Shown here one piece after another: positions 50,989-52,586 of a DNA stretch of 52,586 nt. Origin of the DNA: Catajapyx aquilonaris (Eukaryota); assembly GCA_000934665.2 (NCBI GenBank), contig JYFJ02005392.1:1-52586 (forward strand), in the 5' to 3' direction. The stretch's first letter is position 1. Every line of letters begins with the position of its first letter. A model generated the notes under the pieces. The model had not been told where the DNA came from. It searched no databases and saw nothing but the letters and a program-made list of their open reading frames with translations. The position numbers and the translations under genes are program-made.

Positions 50989-51154
50989 CAGTGTTGGTCA
51001 TACATCGAGGCAACTGCCAGCGACATTTTTCTGAAGCAGCAGAAGAAGGAATCGAAGGTAAGCATACTACAAGTCGGGCGAACAAGATTCCTTCTGCTGC
51101 TGCTTCGGAAAAATGTCGCTGGCGGTTGCCTCGATGTACGTATGACCAACACTG
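50989..51154. mobile_element. Palindromic MITE, TA-flanked
   Basis: TA-cagtgttggtcatac..gaggcaac..ccagcgacattttt and the mirror image ending gtatgaccaacactg-TA. Confidence 0.9.
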
Positions 51155-51821
51155 TACCTTAAAGGAACAGTGGTCTATTTACTAGTAGTTAATGCCATAA
51201 ATGTGATCAGCGATCCAAAATAGTGGGGATCGACAACCAACATCACCCTATTCGCAGTAGAACATGACATTTGAGGTAGCCATTTTGAAATATGATGTCA
51301 TAGGGGGCCAAATTATGTGACTGACATTGGGGGCATGGTTACCATTCGTCTCAGTGATGTCGACTTATGAGGAAAAGACACTAACAGTTTAACCGAAAGA
51401 ATCCATCAGTCAGAGATTTTAACCCAGTCAAAATGTAACCAGATGAGAAGAATAAATGACATGAATACTCGAATTTCCCTTTGCAGGCCCTACTCTCTTT
51501 GAGGAGTGACGTTGGTAAGAAAGGGATCTCCATGCAATGACTAGCAAGTCAATGGATGAAAGAGCCCTTTGCCACAGAATCAGTAGGTAAAGTAAGCAAG
51601 TTTTTGCATGAAGGCATTCAATTGACCACTTGCTCAAATGTCTTTCCTAACCCACTACACACACAGCCCGCACAATCAGTACTGTAAGTGAAATGTGAAA
51701 CTAAAGCACAGCCTTATGAGTGAAGAGATTGATTATATAATTATATCAGCAGCTTCAATCAGACAATGTTGGGGGGTTTTCATGTGGTATTATTTACTTC
51801 AAATGTATGAATGACCTGAGC

Positions 51822-52121
51822 TCAATTATAGGTAATAATCCAATGACTGTTGCTAATCAGTTCGAATATGTCTGCAATCTTGTGGCGCATTATGTGCCTC
51901 CTCTCGTTTATGTACTTGTCTAGAGGGGTGAGCCCATCTGGAGGATTGCATAGTTTGATTGAATCTGCACTCGATGGGTTGCTCTGTACTTCCTCAAGGA
52001 TAACTGATTTGTGGAGTGCTGCGTAGTAAGGAGAGGCTGGGAATTCTAGCTTGATTGAGTTTCCTGGGATTTGGTTCACCTCCCAACTGGCCTTCTGCTC
52101 AGGTGTAGCATCGAATGGAGT
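51822..52121 (-). CDS. Probable last coding exon (99 aa) of an unidentified gene convergent with norpA
   Basis: On the - strand, ttctctcacttttctaactctgtatccacttag (pyrimidine tract, CTAAC branch motif, AG) is followed directly by a 300-nt open frame TPFDATPEQKASWEVNQ...IFELISNSHWIITYN*; natural-looking composition. Confidence 0.7.
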   Translation of the reverse strand, partial: TPFDATPEQKASWEVNQIPGNSIKLEFPASPYYAALHKSVILEEVQSNPSSADSIKLCNPPDGLTPLDKYINERRHIMRHKIADIFELISNSHWIITYN

Positions 52122-52375
52122 CTAAGTGGATACAGAGTTAGAAAAGTGAGAGAATCAGTTGCATTTGGGAGCCAGATACAATAAAGATGCAGCCACAATA
52201 AGGATGTGTAGATACAACCTAGCTCACTTCACTCTATGTATATAGTGCCAAGAGTTATTAGCTCTTGATAGTGCCTACGAGTCATCCTGACCATATTCCA
52301 GAAATGTATAGTAGTCACCTTGACTAGAAACAACTCTTCATCAATACTATTGCATATAAAACTTCATGCAATATA

Positions 52376-52586
52376 CAGGGTGGTCCAGCTTTTTTGTCCG
52401 AACAGCTATTGACAAATTCGGCCTAAGCTGCTTATGTTGTAGTGCGTTACCTGGCAACCCCGGCCAGCGGGCCAATTCAAACACCAGCCCATGGAGAGCG
52501 CTTCCATTGTTGCCACTGTTTACAAATCGAGTGAGTGACGCGGACGACCCAGCGACGGGTCTCTTCTGCCTGCGCACTCACTCACT
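52376..52586. mobile_element. Possible left end of a Tc1/mariner-type element cut by the window edge
   Basis: TA-cagggtggtcc terminus like other MITEs in this window; partner end not visible. Confidence 0.4.

Overview
Animal genomic DNA, most likely arthropod, AT-rich and repeat-rich. The main feature is a complete + strand phospholipase C beta gene of the NorpA/PLCB4 class. I assembled it by hand from 21 coding exon positions (ATG 33890 to TGA 48184). All junctions are GT-AG with consistent phases, giving 3276 nt or 1091 aa. It has two duplicated 80-nt exons (40450-40529, 40889-40968) that must be mutually exclusive, and it ends in a PDZ-type tail (-EFFV). A CpG-rich promoter with a candidate first exon lies at about 1030-1353. 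The probable last coding exon of an unidentified convergent gene lies on the - strand (52121-51822). The rest is non-coding and holds three tRNA-derived SINE families, many TA-flanked Tc1/mariner/pogo-type MITEs and foldbacks, a hAT MITE with an 8-bp TSD, a non-autonomous Helitron and a mariner relic made of two 3' ends. The oddest item is a tRNA-Gln-like Pol III unit at 26573-26647 with a remodelled, enlarged anticodon arm. No CRISPR, prophage or prokaryotic system is visible, and I found nothing I can confidently call a wholly new system.
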